Of a stretch of DNA of 58,124 nt, positions 38,410-54,143 are shown piece by piece. Origin of the DNA: Circinaria calcarea (taxonomy: Eukaryota); assembly GCA_051942165.1 (NCBI GenBank), contig JAVECS010000006.1, positions 1 through 58,124 on the forward strand. Direction: 5' to 3'. The notes under the pieces are model-generated. The model did no database searches. It was not told the origin of the DNA and saw only the letters and a list, made by a program, of their open reading frames with translations. Position numbers and translations under genes: made by a program. Numbering within the stretch: the first letter of the stretch is position 1; every line of letters begins with the position of its first letter.

Positions 38410-38692
38410 TTCATGTTATCGGTCCGAGCCAACGAGGTCATTCGGAGAGGTTATGCGCATCTTTTCGAATATCATCATGAGGCCAGGGAAGTTGCCGTGT
38501 CGAGTTTGAGACGGGGCTGAAAAAGTCATCAAGCCAAAGAGCGTCATCAAGCCTTTTGGTCGGAACATTCCAAATCGGGTGGGCTCTCGCCGTGATTAGT
38601 TAAACAAATTAATAACGAACGAATGCGAAGTCTCCCGGACTGATCAAAAATGGCTATATTTATGTAAATAAGTGGGTTATTTATTCGTATAA

Positions 38693-38846
38693 GGCATCGT
38701 GGCCGAGTGGTTATGGCGCAGTATGTCGGGTCCTTCCCACAATGTCAATCCAACAAATAATTAACTTATGGTAGGGTTTCAGGTGATTCTAAATCATGCT
38801 TCTACCTGTTGGTAAAACAGCGCGAGTTCGAATCTCGCCGATGTCA
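38693..38846 (+). tRNA. Mirror copy: tRNA-Leu(CAG) with spliceosomal-type intron 38721-38774 and canonical intron 38784-38802
   Basis: GGCATCGTGGCCGAGTGGTTATGGCGCA[GTATGT...TTAACTTATGGTAG]GGTTTCAGG[TGATTCTAAATCATGCTTC]TACCTGTTGGTAAAACAGCGCGAGTTCGAATCTCGCCGATGTCA. Confidence 0.88.
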
Positions 38847-40853
38847 ATTGTTTTGCTCCCTTTGACATATTGGTTTACTTTTTTTAAATCTATATACTTC
38901 ACATCCTGAGATGTTGCCGCGGTATTGAATCTAAACGGGGCTATGACCCTTTGCGCCCCTTTTTGTACTCGAGGATCCCTAGGAACTGCAAAGGGGTAGG
39001 GGTAGGGAAAGGACTGCTCTGGACAGTGGACGGAAACGAGCGAGATGGACTAGGAGACGAGGTTGGAGGGTCTAAATGATCCGCGGGATGGACGTGATAG
39101 CTGATCGCACATGGGATGGGAATTTGGAAAATACTAGGCGTGCGACCGGTGTTGAAGAACGCAGATATATGGTTAGGGAATAAAGCGGATCATCGGGGGA
39201 GCCTGAGATGGATCGGCATGTGGACGATTGTGTTGAAGACGAGGCCTACATAGGATAGCTGATATTCTAGTGCCAGACAATGCATCTCGAACTATCAAAT
39301 TTCAAGCATCAAAGTCATAGGAGACAGTCAGCTGATATTCACCTGTCGCGGCTATGCAAACTTAGACTCTTTGGCCTTAAACGCATACTGTGGTGCCGAT
39401 ATCTTGGACCTGCTAACAGCTCCTCAAACGACGCAACAATTGTCCGAGCGCTTGGAGTCACCACCCCCATCGAAACCCCTTCCAATGCCGCAAACGGACA
39501 CAAGAAGGGAAGGAGACAATGAACTATGATACTCGTATTTCCCTCTCGCAAACACTTATATTTTACCACCCATTCATCCATAGACAAATGAGGGTAACTG
39601 CCACCCCCAGCTTCGACTCCGCTGCCGAGCGCATGACGCGCTGGCGAGTGGAGGACCCCGAGAGAGAGAGGAACCTGTAGGGATTCTCCTAGTGGAGGGG
39701 AGAAGGCGCTGGGAGGGCGTGTTGCTTGTAGGAGCTGAAAGGAAAGGGGGAGAGAATATTAAGTGCTATAGTACTTGCATGAAGGTAGGATCAATGTGGA
39801 GAATAAGGAAGTGTAGGGAGAAAGCTCTAGTTGAGGAACGCTGCTGAAAGCGTAACGCAATATCATAGAGGTTGCCTAGGAGGAATCAAATACGAACTGC
39901 AGTGATGGGGAAGGCTATACGATTCAGTTTTCCATTGTTTGTTGTTAATTCTTTATATCCGAAAGTTCATCTGTTGTGGTACTGCCAAGACCCGGAGAAT
40001 GGAGCGGCCCGATTCTCGATTTTCGAATTTCGCCCACAAGCAACTGTGTATCTGGGACGCGGAAGAGACTTTAGGTTTGAATTCTTTGGGAGTATGCCTC
40101 TACGTTTGTACAGCTATAAAATACTCAACTACCAATAACCCTAGAGAAGTCATCGACTTCGCTGCTACATCTGTCACCATCTCTACTTTGCATAGACTGA
40201 TTGATTTATCCAGAAGTCATCTGTGGAATAAGCCTAGCTTCTGCTAAATACAACTGCGCTACAGTGTAAGCTCTCTCCTCCAACGTGCCTATGGGTATCC
40301 AAACGATAGACATGAAGAATAGATTACACATCATCTCTCTTTGAAAGGAATATACAAGAGGGTATCTTGAGCGACAGTTGGCAAGAAAATAATGCTATAC
40401 AATGTTTTCAGATCCTCGTAGCTGTGCCCGCAGCGAGAGTAAAGCCGTCCGTGAAAATGCTCAACGCTTAGGGTATGTAGCGATGGTGGCGATATGAGAT
40501 ATCTGTGTTCTCGTAATCTCGCTAACAAGGTCGAGGATCGTACTAGATCAACTATCGAGGTAGCTTCTACATGAAGCGTACACGTCGATGATTTTCTATT
40601 CTGAAACCGTATTCTTAGAGTCGTAGATAAATGAGACGGATCATGGCTGTTGTCCACAGGACACGAAGCTGCCGTACACATAGCGACAGTGTTGGTACAT
40701 GGGTATTTGAAGATGCTGGAAAGTCTGTAGCGGAGTCAATGAAATTTAGCGACTGTCGAAGTCGGTGGTCGCCAGCGGTCGGAAAATGTTATTGGTACAT
40801 TAATATGGCTGCGCGTAAATCATCAATTGTCGTAGACTCCGAAGCCATCCTGA

Positions 40854-42292
<1,439 letters not shown>

Positions 42293-43844
42293 AATGAATC
42301 TCCTTTAGTGCTGTTGGAGTTGCTGTGGTATGTGCAGGGTTTATATAATCAAGCGTTGTGTGAATAGGGATGATGAAAATCCAATGAAGCTGTATGCGAT
42401 TCACAGGTATAAGCTTCCGGCACTGGGGCGAGTAGTGTTCTCGGAGCCCTTTTTTGCGATGAAGATACAGACCAAAGGCGGACATGCAGGAGGTTATATT
42501 CTGTTCGCCAGTTATTTCCCTCCTCTTGCCCCTCCCCTTCCCCTCAGCTGACTGCCTCGGAGCAGAATACATGATGACCGTTGGCATCGACAAGTGCCTC
42601 TGGCCGGTTATTGCAGGAGAGCCAGAAAGCTTCGCGCTTCCTTCCCTTCGGGGGGCCTAATGACGACTCGCGTCGGGTGTAACAGTTGGAAGAAGGCAAA
42701 GGGACGTCGAGAGAAGGTTCAGAATGGTCAGGGAATCTTCGCGGGTCTTGCTCCAGCCAATCAGAGGCATTACCACCCTGGCGATTTTCCCGGCGGGGCT
42801 AGCGGCTAGACCGGCTTGGCGATGCAGCTGACAAGATCTTGGGATGGAATATTCCAATCGAAGGGCCTGGTCTGCTTCCCTTTCCCAGCCCCAGCGGTGA
42901 AGAAAGGGTTTGCGGGGAAACATGGGGAAGGTGGATGATCGGATGAAGAACGGGAATGGCTTCAGGTGGCTTTGAACGGGTCGTGTGCCACTTGGCCCGA
43001 GGAGACATGTGTCGTACGACGAGGATCCTCAGACGCTGCTTGTGGCGTCAGCGGCGTTGGGGGTTCCCTCCAATAGCTCTATCAACTCAAACGTATTACT
43101 CAAGATGTAAAGGTAATCGAGGCACTCTTGGATGCGTTGGGTTTCTGCACACACACCACAGCCTGCCAATACCCCAACTTGACTTCTGAGCCCCCAGACC
43201 AAAGTCTCTCGGCCTTGTGCCGGTTGGATCCCAAGTGGTTTGTTTGCGCGGCCTAATTCTCCCATTGTGTGGAAGAGCATAGACCGTCTGCCCAAGCCCA
43301 AGATGGGTACTCGGGAGGTACTCTGAATGGGCCAGGTTCTCATGACAAATTGCAAGTACCCAGCCAGCGCATCAATCGTACGCTTGTTGTATTTATCCGC
43401 CCTTTTTCTTTCTGATTGGATCTCGTATAAATGAGCTATAGTGTCTTTGGTCAGCAGTGCAGGATAACTGGGAGAATCCCGTGATGGCTGACATCATCGT
43501 AAAGGTTTTGCAGGTCACTGGATGTCCTCCGTCTGGTCGGCTCGTTCGTCTGATCTTCTCTTATTGCGCCAAGGCGGCAGTCAGTTGGTAGCATCAAAGT
43601 ACTCGATCGGAAATCGATGTCACCAATTAGCCATCATTGTACCTCAATCAGATGACCGTGGTTGTGCCCATTACTCACAGGGACGTCCACTATATGCCCC
43701 GCATGCGATTGAATTAAGCATTTGTTCGGAATCCTCAGGCTAAAGGTGTTCTAGTCCACCATGAATTTGGCCGCTCCGAGGCAGCCCATGCCTTTCTCGG
43801 CTCATCCTCGAAAATAGTGTTAGGGCTTACGTAAGTCGAACAGT

Positions 43845-44133
43845 TGGGGGGTTCAGTTTTCCTTTATTATGCTCGGAGGATGTTAGGTAGGCCCGGAATA
43901 ACAATGCTCCCAGCCAATCAATACTCGTCTGCCAGGCCACCCCCGCCTGGCTTTACATAGCTCCATTGTACATCCATAACGGAGCTATGTTATGCTAGTG
44001 GACCTAGTGTGGCCAATACGAATGCACAGTTTCTGCCAGCTTGGCCCCCGTGCTTTACAGCATCGGGCTTAGCCCATCGGTGCCGTGCTCCCGAGCATAA
44101 CAAATTTCTAGCAAAAAAAAACTGAACCCCCCA
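43845..44133. mobile_element. Mirror copy: MITE-like element
   Basis: Reverse complement of 13992-14280. Confidence 0.6.
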
Positions 44134-44378
44134 AGTATATATTTATACTGTCCGCAATAATCAGTGCAGGGGTATGGTAAAGCGGGCACTAACTTAATGG
44201 AGCTGTAGTAAATTGCCTAGTAATATATTTTTCAACCACGAATAGTAATTGCACATCTTAATATGAATAATTCAATTGAATGCGTAGTAGTTTGATTGGC
44301 GCAATGTTTGCCATTCAGATACAGCGCATTTAAGTATTTATTCCTTCCACCGTAATTAGACAATCCGTCCTACGTGCT

Positions 44379-45380
44379 ATGCCCCAAATAACCCCAACTG
44401 ATACAGCTATGTCACCCAAACCTGCTCTGAGGACTGTGGTTGACTTTCAAGATTTGGGCCAGAACATCTTCTTATACAAGCCTGAAGTCGATGATGCAGA
44501 AGCCTTAGGTAGTAAAGAAAAAGACAATCTACCTCCTCCTTCTCTGGTTATTCTTTGCACTTGGTTGGGAGGTGCGACAACCAAACGCATTGATAAATAC
44601 ATCATCAAATATCAGCAATTCTTCCCAAATGCTTGCATCCTCCTCATTCGGACGACAATACTAGACATTACCTTACATTCCTTTAGACAAATCCGGGCAC
44701 GACTGGTGCCTGCTCGAAATGCCATCTGTACAATCCTAGGTGATAGGGATTTCGTTGACGACAGTTCAGATGGCTGCGTTCTTCTGCACATCTTCTCCCA
44801 CGGTGGATGTAATACGGGGATCCAGCTTGCCCTTTCCATGCGAGAAAACCGCATGCCCATACCACTCAGAGGCATCATCTTCGATTGCTGCCCTGGAGAT
44901 GCCACATTCCAAAAAGCATACAATGCCGCTGTATTGTCGCTTCCTCGCTGTCAACCTGCCCAGTCTATCGGAAGGCTTGCGCTCTATCCAATCATTGCAG
45001 CTATCACTGGTTTGCAGCACTTCGGTGTCATGAACTCTGTAAGAGAAATGCGTGCCCAGTTGAACGGCAGCGCCGTCTTTGGAACACATGCGGCAAGACT
45101 CTATCTATACTCAGTTGCCGATCAAATGGTTGAGTGGCAGGATGTCCAGTCGCACTTGAAAGCCGCTCGAACTCAAGGCTATCGGGCCGATGGCGTGATG
45201 TTCTACTCCAGTCCGCATTGCGCTCTGATCCTAGAGGACAAGGTGCGGTATTGGGCAGCTATTCAGAACTTTTGGCAGTTTGGGGACCTTTCGCATGTCA
45301 ATGAAGCTCTGGGTCCCACTGCCCCTAACAGGGACGCCCAACTTGAGACCGCATCGTTGCCTTTGCGCAGTAGACTTTGA
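44379..45380 (+). CDS. Mirror copy: DUF829/TMEM53-family protein
   Basis: Reverse complement of 12745-13746. Confidence 0.85.
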   Translation: MPQITPTDTAMSPKPALRTVVDFQDLGQNIFLYKPEVDDAEALGSKEKDNLPPPSLVILCTWLGGATTKRIDKYIIKYQQFFPNACILLIRTTILDITLHSFRQIRARLVPARNAICTILGDRDFVDDSSDGCVLLHIFSHGGCNTGIQLALSMRENRMPIPLRGIIFDCCPGDATFQKAYNAAVLSLPRCQPAQSIGRLALYPIIAAITGLQHFGVMNSVREMRAQLNGSAVFGTHAARLYLYSVADQMVEWQDVQSHLKAARTQGYRADGVMFYSSPHCALILEDKVRYWAAIQNFWQFGDLSHVNEALGPTAPNRDAQLETASLPLRSRL

Positions 45381-45886
45381 TGTCTCGGTCGGCTGGCTGT
45401 TGCAAGTCCCCAGGCGATTGCGAGTAGCAATCGGATTATTTTGACCTGAGCGGAATCATTGTGGAGGTAATCCATCGGGTATAATTTACGTCATTCGGAA
45501 TTACTGTTCTGGGGTAATCATAAATTGCAAGACCGGTTCTACCATTTCTTCTTTTTATGCCGCTCTGGGTCGTCACAGTGTAAATTTGAAAGAGATTTAT
45601 AAGACCTAGATCTGAAAAAGGAGAGTTTTGTTAGGCTAAACCAGGAGAGCCAATGCCTTCATTGGAAGAGAGAGACGTGCTTCAAGGAGTTATATTCGTA
45701 TTGTATCCACAACGATCTACGAACGAGCTCCGAAAGCCAACCCCAATATTTCATAAACCCCCTTGCGAAACCACCAACCCCCTCCCCCGCAGCCCGTTTA
45801 CATTCCCCCAGAAAGCATAAAAGTTTCAAACGAGAAGCGCGAAGCAAAAGCCCTTACAACCTTAACCCTTGGGAGATAGATAGAGT

Positions 45887-46283
45887 CTAGATAAGAAAAA
45901 GAAAGCATTGAAAATGTCAGCGTTACAGAAGTCTGGTAAGCGAGTCAAGCACAGATTAGGTAGAAAGGTAGTAATCTAATGCAAGGCATGTACGTACTGC
46001 AAACGGAGTTCCTGTCTGTTCATTCATAACTCCCAAGCCCTCGCCGCGCCCGAAATTGACTCTCATGTGAGCTCTTCCCACTTCCCAGTAGCTGATTCAA
46101 ACAAGCCCCCCCCTCAAGCGCGTGCCAAAAGCCATTCACCGCGTACCAGCGCTGACTTCCCGTATCATCAAGAGAAAATGATCGCTCAGGAGGGGCTTAC
46201 CGAAAGCTGATGGGAGGAGTTAGAGAGAGAGAGGTGAAGGGTAATCCATGACTTGGCAGACTTCCATCAAGCGGGAGTTTATG
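45887..46283 (-). ncRNA. Mirror copy: candidate structured ncRNA
   Basis: Reverse complement of 11842-12238. Confidence 0.3.
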
Positions 46284-46599
46284 GACGGAGATCTCGTGAA
46301 AGGGGGTTTGGAGGTACATGAGTTGTGTCCATGTATCCCAACAAAGTAACTGGTAGATAGAGTATAGCATGACCTAGCACATCAAACATGCGATAGTGGC
46401 GACATGACGGAGCGTAGCTGAGCCATGGGATGAATGCATGAAGTTACTGCTGCGCAAGGTCATGGGTATCTCTATAATCTATGGTCTAGTTTCTTCTGCG
46501 TGCGTGTAGTAAAACGACCGTTTTTCCAATCGCCCCAAGAACGCCGAGGCTATGTAAAACGAGCAAGGTTGCGCATCGATATCCTCAGGGACAAGTCTC

Positions 46600-48424
46600 T
46601 CACTCCAGTTCAATCGTGCCGGGAGGTTTACTCGTAACTATTCACTAGGTCAGCCTATTCATCCGAACTACTCACATTCATCCATCCAAAGGAGACTTAC
46701 TATCTTCAAACACCCTGCAAACCCCCTCCACCTCATTCACGATCCTCGTGCTCACCCTTTGCCTGAACTCCTGACCCAGATCACACGAGGTCGCTGTCAT
46801 AAAGTCCGTCGTCTCCACCGCCCTTAATGCAATTATCTGATCATGCACCCTCTTGTCTCCCATCACCCCTACGGCTTTAAGAGGTAATAGGGCTGCGAAT
46901 GCCTGACTTATCTTCCGATATAGTCCTGCTTTCCGGATCTCGTCGATAAAGATGTGGTCTGCTTGACGGACGATAGCAAGTTGCGAGGGTGTGACTTCGC
47001 CGAGGATCCGTATTGCAAGACCGGGACCGGGAAAAGGATGCCGCCAGACAAGGTCGGACGGGATCCCAAGTTGCTCTCCGAGTACGCGCACTTCGTCTTT
47101 AAATAGCTCACGGAGAGGCTCGATGAGCTTAAGATGCATGGCCGCAGGGAGACCACCCACGTTATGGTGAGTCTTTATTGTGGCACTCGGCCCTCGGAAG
47201 GAGATACTTTCGATGACGTCGGGGTAAAGTGTACCTTGAAGTAACCATTCTATAGGACCGGCTGATTCAGAACCTTCGGCTTCCGCAGCAATGGATTTTG
47301 CGGTCTCTTGAAAGACGTCGATGAAGTTCTTCCCTATGATTTTACGCTTCTGCTCGGGATCCGTGACACCCTTTAGATCTGTGAGGAAGCGATTGCTGGC
47401 GTCCACTACGGTAAGATTAATACCGAGATGGGCGGTGAGAGTCTCGTGGACCGTTTCGGCTTCATTGAGGCGGAGGAGACCGTTGTTGACCAGAACGGCG
47501 TGAAAACGACTGCCGATAGCAGAGTGCATAAGTTTGGCCGCGACAGTGGAGTCGACGCCTCCGCTGACTGCGCCAATGACTTGACCTTTCGACCCCACAA
47601 GAGCACGAATACGGTTGATTTCTTGGTCGCCAAACGCGCTCATGGTCCAGTCCTGGCGGGCGTGACAAATACGTACGGCAAAGTTTTCGAAGAGCTTGGA
47701 TCCCAAGTTTGAATGCGTGACTTCGGCATGCCATTGGATGCCATAATAAGGCTTTTCCTCGTGGACAATGGCGGCAAATGGCGAGTTATCTGTTTCCGCG
47801 ATCACTGTAAAGGAAGCGGGTAGATTAGAAAGCTTGTCACCGTGGCTAGAACCTGTTTTAGTTGAAAATATGTGACTCGATATGGAAGATCGTAGAAAGA
47901 ATTCAAATACCTCATCCAAACTTCAAGGTCGTCTCCAAGCCCCTCAAAGAGCTTGTCAATATGAGGGGCCTTGCCTTCGTTTCTCTGTATCCTCAATCTT
48001 GCATGTCCATACTCCCGATGTTGACCAGCAAGCACATTTCGGCCGTGTCGCCAGGCTATTTCCTGAAGGCCGTAACCTTTTCATAAACATATCAATATTT
48101 TTCAAACATAAGTAGCTGATCAAGCCTTCAAACGGGAACCTTACAAATGCCGAGAATTGGAACGCCTAGCTTATACAAATCTTCCTCTACGTGCGGCGCC
48201 CCATCTTCGTAAACTGAGTAGGGTCCCCCGGAAAGAATAACGCCTACCGGAGTCCAATCAAGTTCAGAAAGCTTAGCTGTGCACGCCAGCATGACACTGA
48301 AGATATTGAGGTCCCGGAGACGTCTGCAGATTAAATGTGAGTATTGACTACCGAAATCAAGAACCAGGATTGTCGAAAAGGTCTTGTGTGGCTCGTCTAT
48401 GGGTATGCCATTATTACTAGCCAT
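46600..48424 (-). CDS. GUA1: Mirror copy: GMP synthase
   Basis: Reverse complement of 9701-11525. Confidence 0.97.
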
Positions 48425-48807
48425 TTTGGTAGTTAAGGAGTGGATTCAAGAAATGCTCTTCAAGTGCCCAAAGAGCAGGGCGGGAACAGGAATTAACAAC
48501 AGTAGTAAGGAAAGCTGGAGAATTAAATGCTGCTGCTCACGAGGTAGAATGAAGATACCTAAGGTGTACAATGCGCTCCCCAATTTCTTTTGCTAGGCTA
48601 GAGGGTTCAAAGCCGTATATTGCCTCGCCAAATCTGATAGGCCCGATAAGCGAGAAATTCACTTATCGATAAGAGAATCGTCCGCAGTAAACGCTTTCTA
48701 GCCGCTGAGCCGCGACATCGCTAACCCTACCAATGGAAATCTTACAAGGTGACACTTGTCTGTCTGCCCAAACCCTCGACTTTATACGGACATTGAATTT
48801 GAGCACC

Positions 48808-49771
48808 ATGGTGAAGCGCAAAGAGCCTGAGGTGGCTGAGAAGCAATTTCCGGACGAGAGTAGTAGTAGTGATGAGGTGCGAACCAAGAGATCACATACT
48901 GCTTTCCCGCTAAGGTGGGGATAGGACACCGATATGTTGGACGTGGAATTCGAATGGTTCGATCCACAGCCGGAACATGATTTTCATGGCTTGAAGACGT
49001 TGTTGCGGCAGTTATTCGACGTCGACGCTCAACTATTCGATCTTAGCGCTTTGACAGACCTGGTACTTGCCCAGCCACTACTTGGTTCCACTGTTAAGGT
49101 GGAGGGGAACGAAACGGACCCTTATGCCTTTTTGACAATCTTGAACCTTCACGAGCATAGGGTACATTAGTCTTGACCTCTATTAGATGCCTGAGTTGAC
49201 CCGACTATAGGATAAGCCAATCATCAAGACCTTGACGGACTACATAGCGCAACAAGCAATGACAAATCCTTCATTATCACCAATAGCAGATCTTCTCAAA
49301 CCGTTCAACCAGGCCGAAGTAGGTCTTATTCTCACCGAAAGGCTGATAAACATTCCATCGGAGGTTGTGCCACCTATGTACAAGATGTTGTTAGAGGAGA
49401 TATCCTGGGCAATTGAGGAGAAGGAGCCTTATACCTTCTCTCACTATCTGATCCTCTCAAAGACCTACCGGGAAATTACATCGGCCTTGAATCAAGAGAA
49501 CAGTAGACCACAGAAGAAGAAGAAAAAGAATGCTGCCAAGGAGGAGAATAGAGAAATATTCTACTTTCATCCGGAAGACGAGGTTTGCCAACGCCATGCA
49601 ACAATGTACGGGGGTTTTGCGTACCTGAAGGAGGAAAGCGATGGTCAGGCGGACGCAAAAAGGACGTTCCAGGAGCTGGGAATAAAACCGCAGGGTCATA
49701 TGATGTTACTAGAAGCATCGAAGTTTGAATCGGCAGTTAAGGCCTTGGAGGACTTTATGCGGCCATCCTGA
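48808..49771 (+). CDS. BCP1: Mirror copy: BCP1
   Basis: Reverse complement of 8354-9317. Confidence 0.92.
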
Positions 49772-49844
49772 TCAGGCTAGGAGCACCGTCACTTTGTCTC
49801 TCTAGAGCACGTACCTCCCTCCCTTTAACAGTAAAGGATACACA

Positions 49845-50752
49845 TCACTGCTTCCAATGAGTTCCCTCTAGGCGCTGCATCAGGTATTCTACTTCCACAA
49901 CCTTTGTCAAAGGTATGACAGTTTCCTTTCTATATCAGACTCAAGTTTGGTATAATTGGAGGCGCCTACTTACTTTGTACATAGCTACGACTGCTTCAAC
50001 GTTGATCTTTTCCTGTCCAGATATGCCCGCACTCGGGTCTGTGCCATAAGTCTTTGCCTTTAGCCGTAATCTTTCCAAGACCTTAGCCTCGACGGCCGCG
50101 TTGGTGATAGCATTGTCGATACCCGCTCTATCTTCTCGGCGGATCAAGTCTACAAACTTGTCTGTGTCCGTCTGAAACTTCGATTCAGCAACAAATTTGC
50201 CAAAGTGGATCCTGCGAGATAAGGCTTGGAGGCATGACACATCACACGTAGCGGCTGATCCATAGTTTTCTTGGGTTTCCCCTCGGTCTTCTCGGTCGAA
50301 ATTCCGACAAGCAAGTGGCAAGACCTTCTCAATGTACTTCTGCTTGATCTCTTCGTTGACATTGATGTTGTTGGGATGAAGGATCTGGGGGTATTGTAGG
50401 GGCTGCAGGATCGGCGTTTCCAAAGCGTCGGGGAAAAATGGATACTCATCAGGCGATTGATACCGGCGTACCTTGGAATGAGTACGCTCCTGCTCTCGGA
50501 GGATCCAATCCAAGAGACTAAGACTACTGCCTGGGATTTTCACGCCCCCCGATGCATAGATTGTCCTGTTCAGCGGGAACTGTACCCGTTCGATAAGGTG
50601 GAAAGTGATTGTATCCTCTAGACGACTGAAAATGATATCAGTACATCAATGTTTAGGTACCTTACTACACAAGGAACTTACATTAGTTGAAAGCGGATGT
50701 TGTCCAGATCGAGGGCTTTTGATGCATCTGAAAGATCGATTGCGCTGTCCAT
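49845..50752 (-). CDS. ARO7: Mirror copy: chorismate mutase
   Basis: Reverse complement of 7373-8280. Confidence 0.96.
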
Positions 50753-51238
50753 GACCCAGCTTTATTTCTTTGAAATCCAGCTACAAGCTCGTAGACGCTG
50801 AAGTTTGATAAACAAGGCACCTCAAACCTTGGAGTTTAATATTGAAGTGTGCGAACGCGCATGGCAACTATTCCGTATTCTATCTCCTTCCTTTTCTCAC
50901 CATAGAGAGTCAGTACTAGAGGATATATTGTAGCTATCAAGGCCAAATTAGAAAAGATATCTTGTCATAAGTCATCATAATTAGTAGGGTTCCTGAGTGG
51001 TCTCACTCACCCATTGAAGTGTTACCATAGCAAAGCCACCCCCGGATGATCGGCAACAGGAGCCAGATTGTTCACGCGTCAGACATGTGGCTTTGTGGCT
51101 TGCTCCCTGTTCCACACGCTCTTCTTGCCTATCACATAGCCACAGTACATTGAAGAATAGACAATCATGATGGTTATTGGATGAGGGCAAGATTCGTCGT
51201 GGCTAATAGGCTTTTCTGTGAAATTTCTTTTACGCCTG

Positions 51239-53335
51239 ATGGCAAGCAGTAATGCTCCATCATCGGCGGCAGAAGGTGAATCGGTCCTGGGGACTGCCTT
51301 AACCGTAATACTCTAGACAGCTTTGAAAGGGCCTGGCTAATGTGTGATAGACTCGTCATATCGAAGCTTTTGGTCGGAAGGTCACAACAACTGCAAACCA
51401 CCTGATCGGACCTTTAGGTGATCCAAGCAGTAGCTCACATTACCAACATGCTATGAGTGAGCTGCAGAGGGAGCTTCGACGGCCGGGCATTCAGCAAAGG
51501 GTATTCTCGTATGCCCAAGCCTCCCCAAGGGAGCTTGTAAGATCCAAGTTGTCGAAATCAGAGATTCAACACCGCGCCCTTACTTATATCCCAGATGAGC
51601 TTCTCAGAACTATACCCGAGAATGACAATACGTACTCGCTGTTCCAAGGCTTTACTGCAACGGTACCGGAAGATGAAATTGAACACAGAAAGACCCATAG
51701 ACGGCGCAACTCAAGGAGCCAGAAGCTGCTTGGAGAGGTAGAGCAAGATGAGACAGATCAGCATCCGTCTCTGTCGAAGTTGAAGCAGGAAAGACGTGCA
51801 GTGAATCACCGCTTGGAAATGATGGGAGTACGAAAGAACATGTGTTCTTCTGAAATTCGAGAGATAGACAACAAAATCTCCAACCTCAACAGTATGCGGA
51901 AGATTGTGCTGGATAGGCTATCAGGTCTGGAGGAGGACGAGTTACGGGTGGAGCATGAGCTTCTGAGTCTCGATAATAAATTAGAGGATCTCCAAGAAGA
52001 GTTGGATGATGCTAAAACGCTGGGCAATACTGCAACGCCTCCTCTGGGTATAGATCCAGATCCAGACCTGGACCCAGATGCCTTGGACTTAGAGACCCAG
52101 ACAGCAACGGATACTTTCATGTCCGCGTCGATCTATGAGAAAATACCATCACCGAAAGCAAAGCGACATAAGGTCAACCGGCGGAAGTCTATGCCCATTC
52201 GGCATGAGCACTTTGAGCCTGGTACAAACATCAAAGACCTTCAGGCTCACAATGACATAATCACGGCTCTAGATTTCGATGCGCCCTTCGGCACTATGGT
52301 GACGGCCGCACTTGATGACACTGTTCGTGTATGGGACCTTAATATTGGCCGATGTATGGGTCTACTTGAAGGTCACCGAGCGTCGGTAAGATGTCTACAG
52401 GTAGAAGACAACATCGTGGCAACGGGTTCGATAGATGCATCGATTCGACTGTGGGACTTGAGTAGAGCGGAATATACGCCAGAGGACAATAGAATCAACA
52501 AGCAGGGTGATGAAGACGCAGAGGATAGCTCCATCTTCGAAAACCCGGGGGATTTACATCCAGCTCCACCTATCTCGAGCATGGAAGACTGTCCAATGTT
52601 TTCCCTGGAAGCCCATGTGGACGAGGTAACGGCTTTACACTTCAGGGGCGACATACTCGTTTCAGGCTCTGCGGACAAGACATTAAGGCAGTGGGATCTC
52701 GTTAAAGGCCGCTGCGTCCAAACGCTGGATGTGCTGTGGGCTGCGGCACAAGCCTCTTCGACTCTCAACTCCAACAATGGCCAATGGCGGACCACCGGGC
52801 GACTTCCGGATGCTACAGCAGATTTTGTTGGAGCTGTACAATGTTTCGATGCTGCTTTAGCCTGTGGAACAGCAGATGGCATGGTTCGTTTGTGGGATCT
52901 TCGAAGTGGCCAGGTACATCGAAGTCTGGTGGGACACACTGGACCTGTGACTTGCCTGCAGTTTGACGACGTCCACCTAGTCACAGGTAGTTTGGATCGA
53001 AGCGTCAGGGTATGTACCAAACATGGAATCGTGTAGAGTAGAGCACTAACTAGGCATAGATCTGGGATTTACGGACGGGTTCTATTTACGATGCATTCGC
53101 GTATGAAAATCCTATTACAAGCATGATGTTCGACACAAGACGCATCGTCGCTGCCGCTGGCGAAAACGTAGCTAAGGTGTATGATAAGACTGACGGGCGG
53201 CATTGGGATTGTGGGGCTGGTATTACTTGCCAGGAGGAAGACAGGCATCCGGGTATAGTAGAGAAGGTCCGGATCAAGGACGGCTACATGACCGAAGGCC
53301 GCAGAGATGGGGTGGTCGGGATTTGGACCTGCTGA
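51239..53335 (+). CDS. MDV1: Mirror copy: mitochondrial division protein 1
   Basis: Reverse complement of 4790-6886. Confidence 0.9.
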
Positions 53336-54143
53336 AGAATAAAGTAACCCCTAGCTGCATTATGTTGTGTGCAGATGTATATATGTTATAAGACATCCAT
53401 GTCAATTATTTTATTCTTAAGGCATGCAACAATTGCAAAAAAGGACATTAGCACTTCAAAATCCCTGTGCTTTCCTTAGTACTTGAGTAAAAGCTATCTC
53501 GATTGAATCCTCGAAAAGTCCCAGAACCCGGGCTTCTGTCATCGCATACGGAGCGATAAAGGCAGCAATCATCCTCCCTACTTATTGAGTTTGTCCTCCT
53601 TAATCAATAGAGAAAGTCGGGCTTCTAACTCGAGCTTCATGTAATTTCCTTAGGCCCAGGCCAAGCCGAAAGGAGACCTAGCGCTTTGGTCTTAGCGCGG
53701 CTCAAATTTCCAATACATCGTGCATGAGAGAGCTCTCTCCAATCAGATGCCCCCACGGAGAATCCTCGCCAACAGCCCTCCGGCACCTTTACGCTTTCCA
53801 TACTCCGTACTTTGGGAGATGTCGACGTTGCACCTTCTTCGATACCAACGCTGACCTTCCGTGGCAGTCGCCCTTTCGTGCTCCTTCTCCATCCGTCGAG
53901 GCATCATGTCGTTTTAGCTCCCACGGCCTTCCCGTTCGCTTCGGTATTCCCTCATCCTTCCCACCGTTCATCCCTACACCTACGGTCGATTGTGTCCAGC
54001 GCTCCCGTTGCTTTCTTGCTCACTCTTTTGACCTTTTTTTTGGATCGAGTATTTCTGGTTAAGTACGAGTCGGGTATCGGTGGACCGGTGTCTAGTGGTG
54101 GTAGACAGGGGGGATATTCCAATTTGAAGTCCACGGGAGTGCT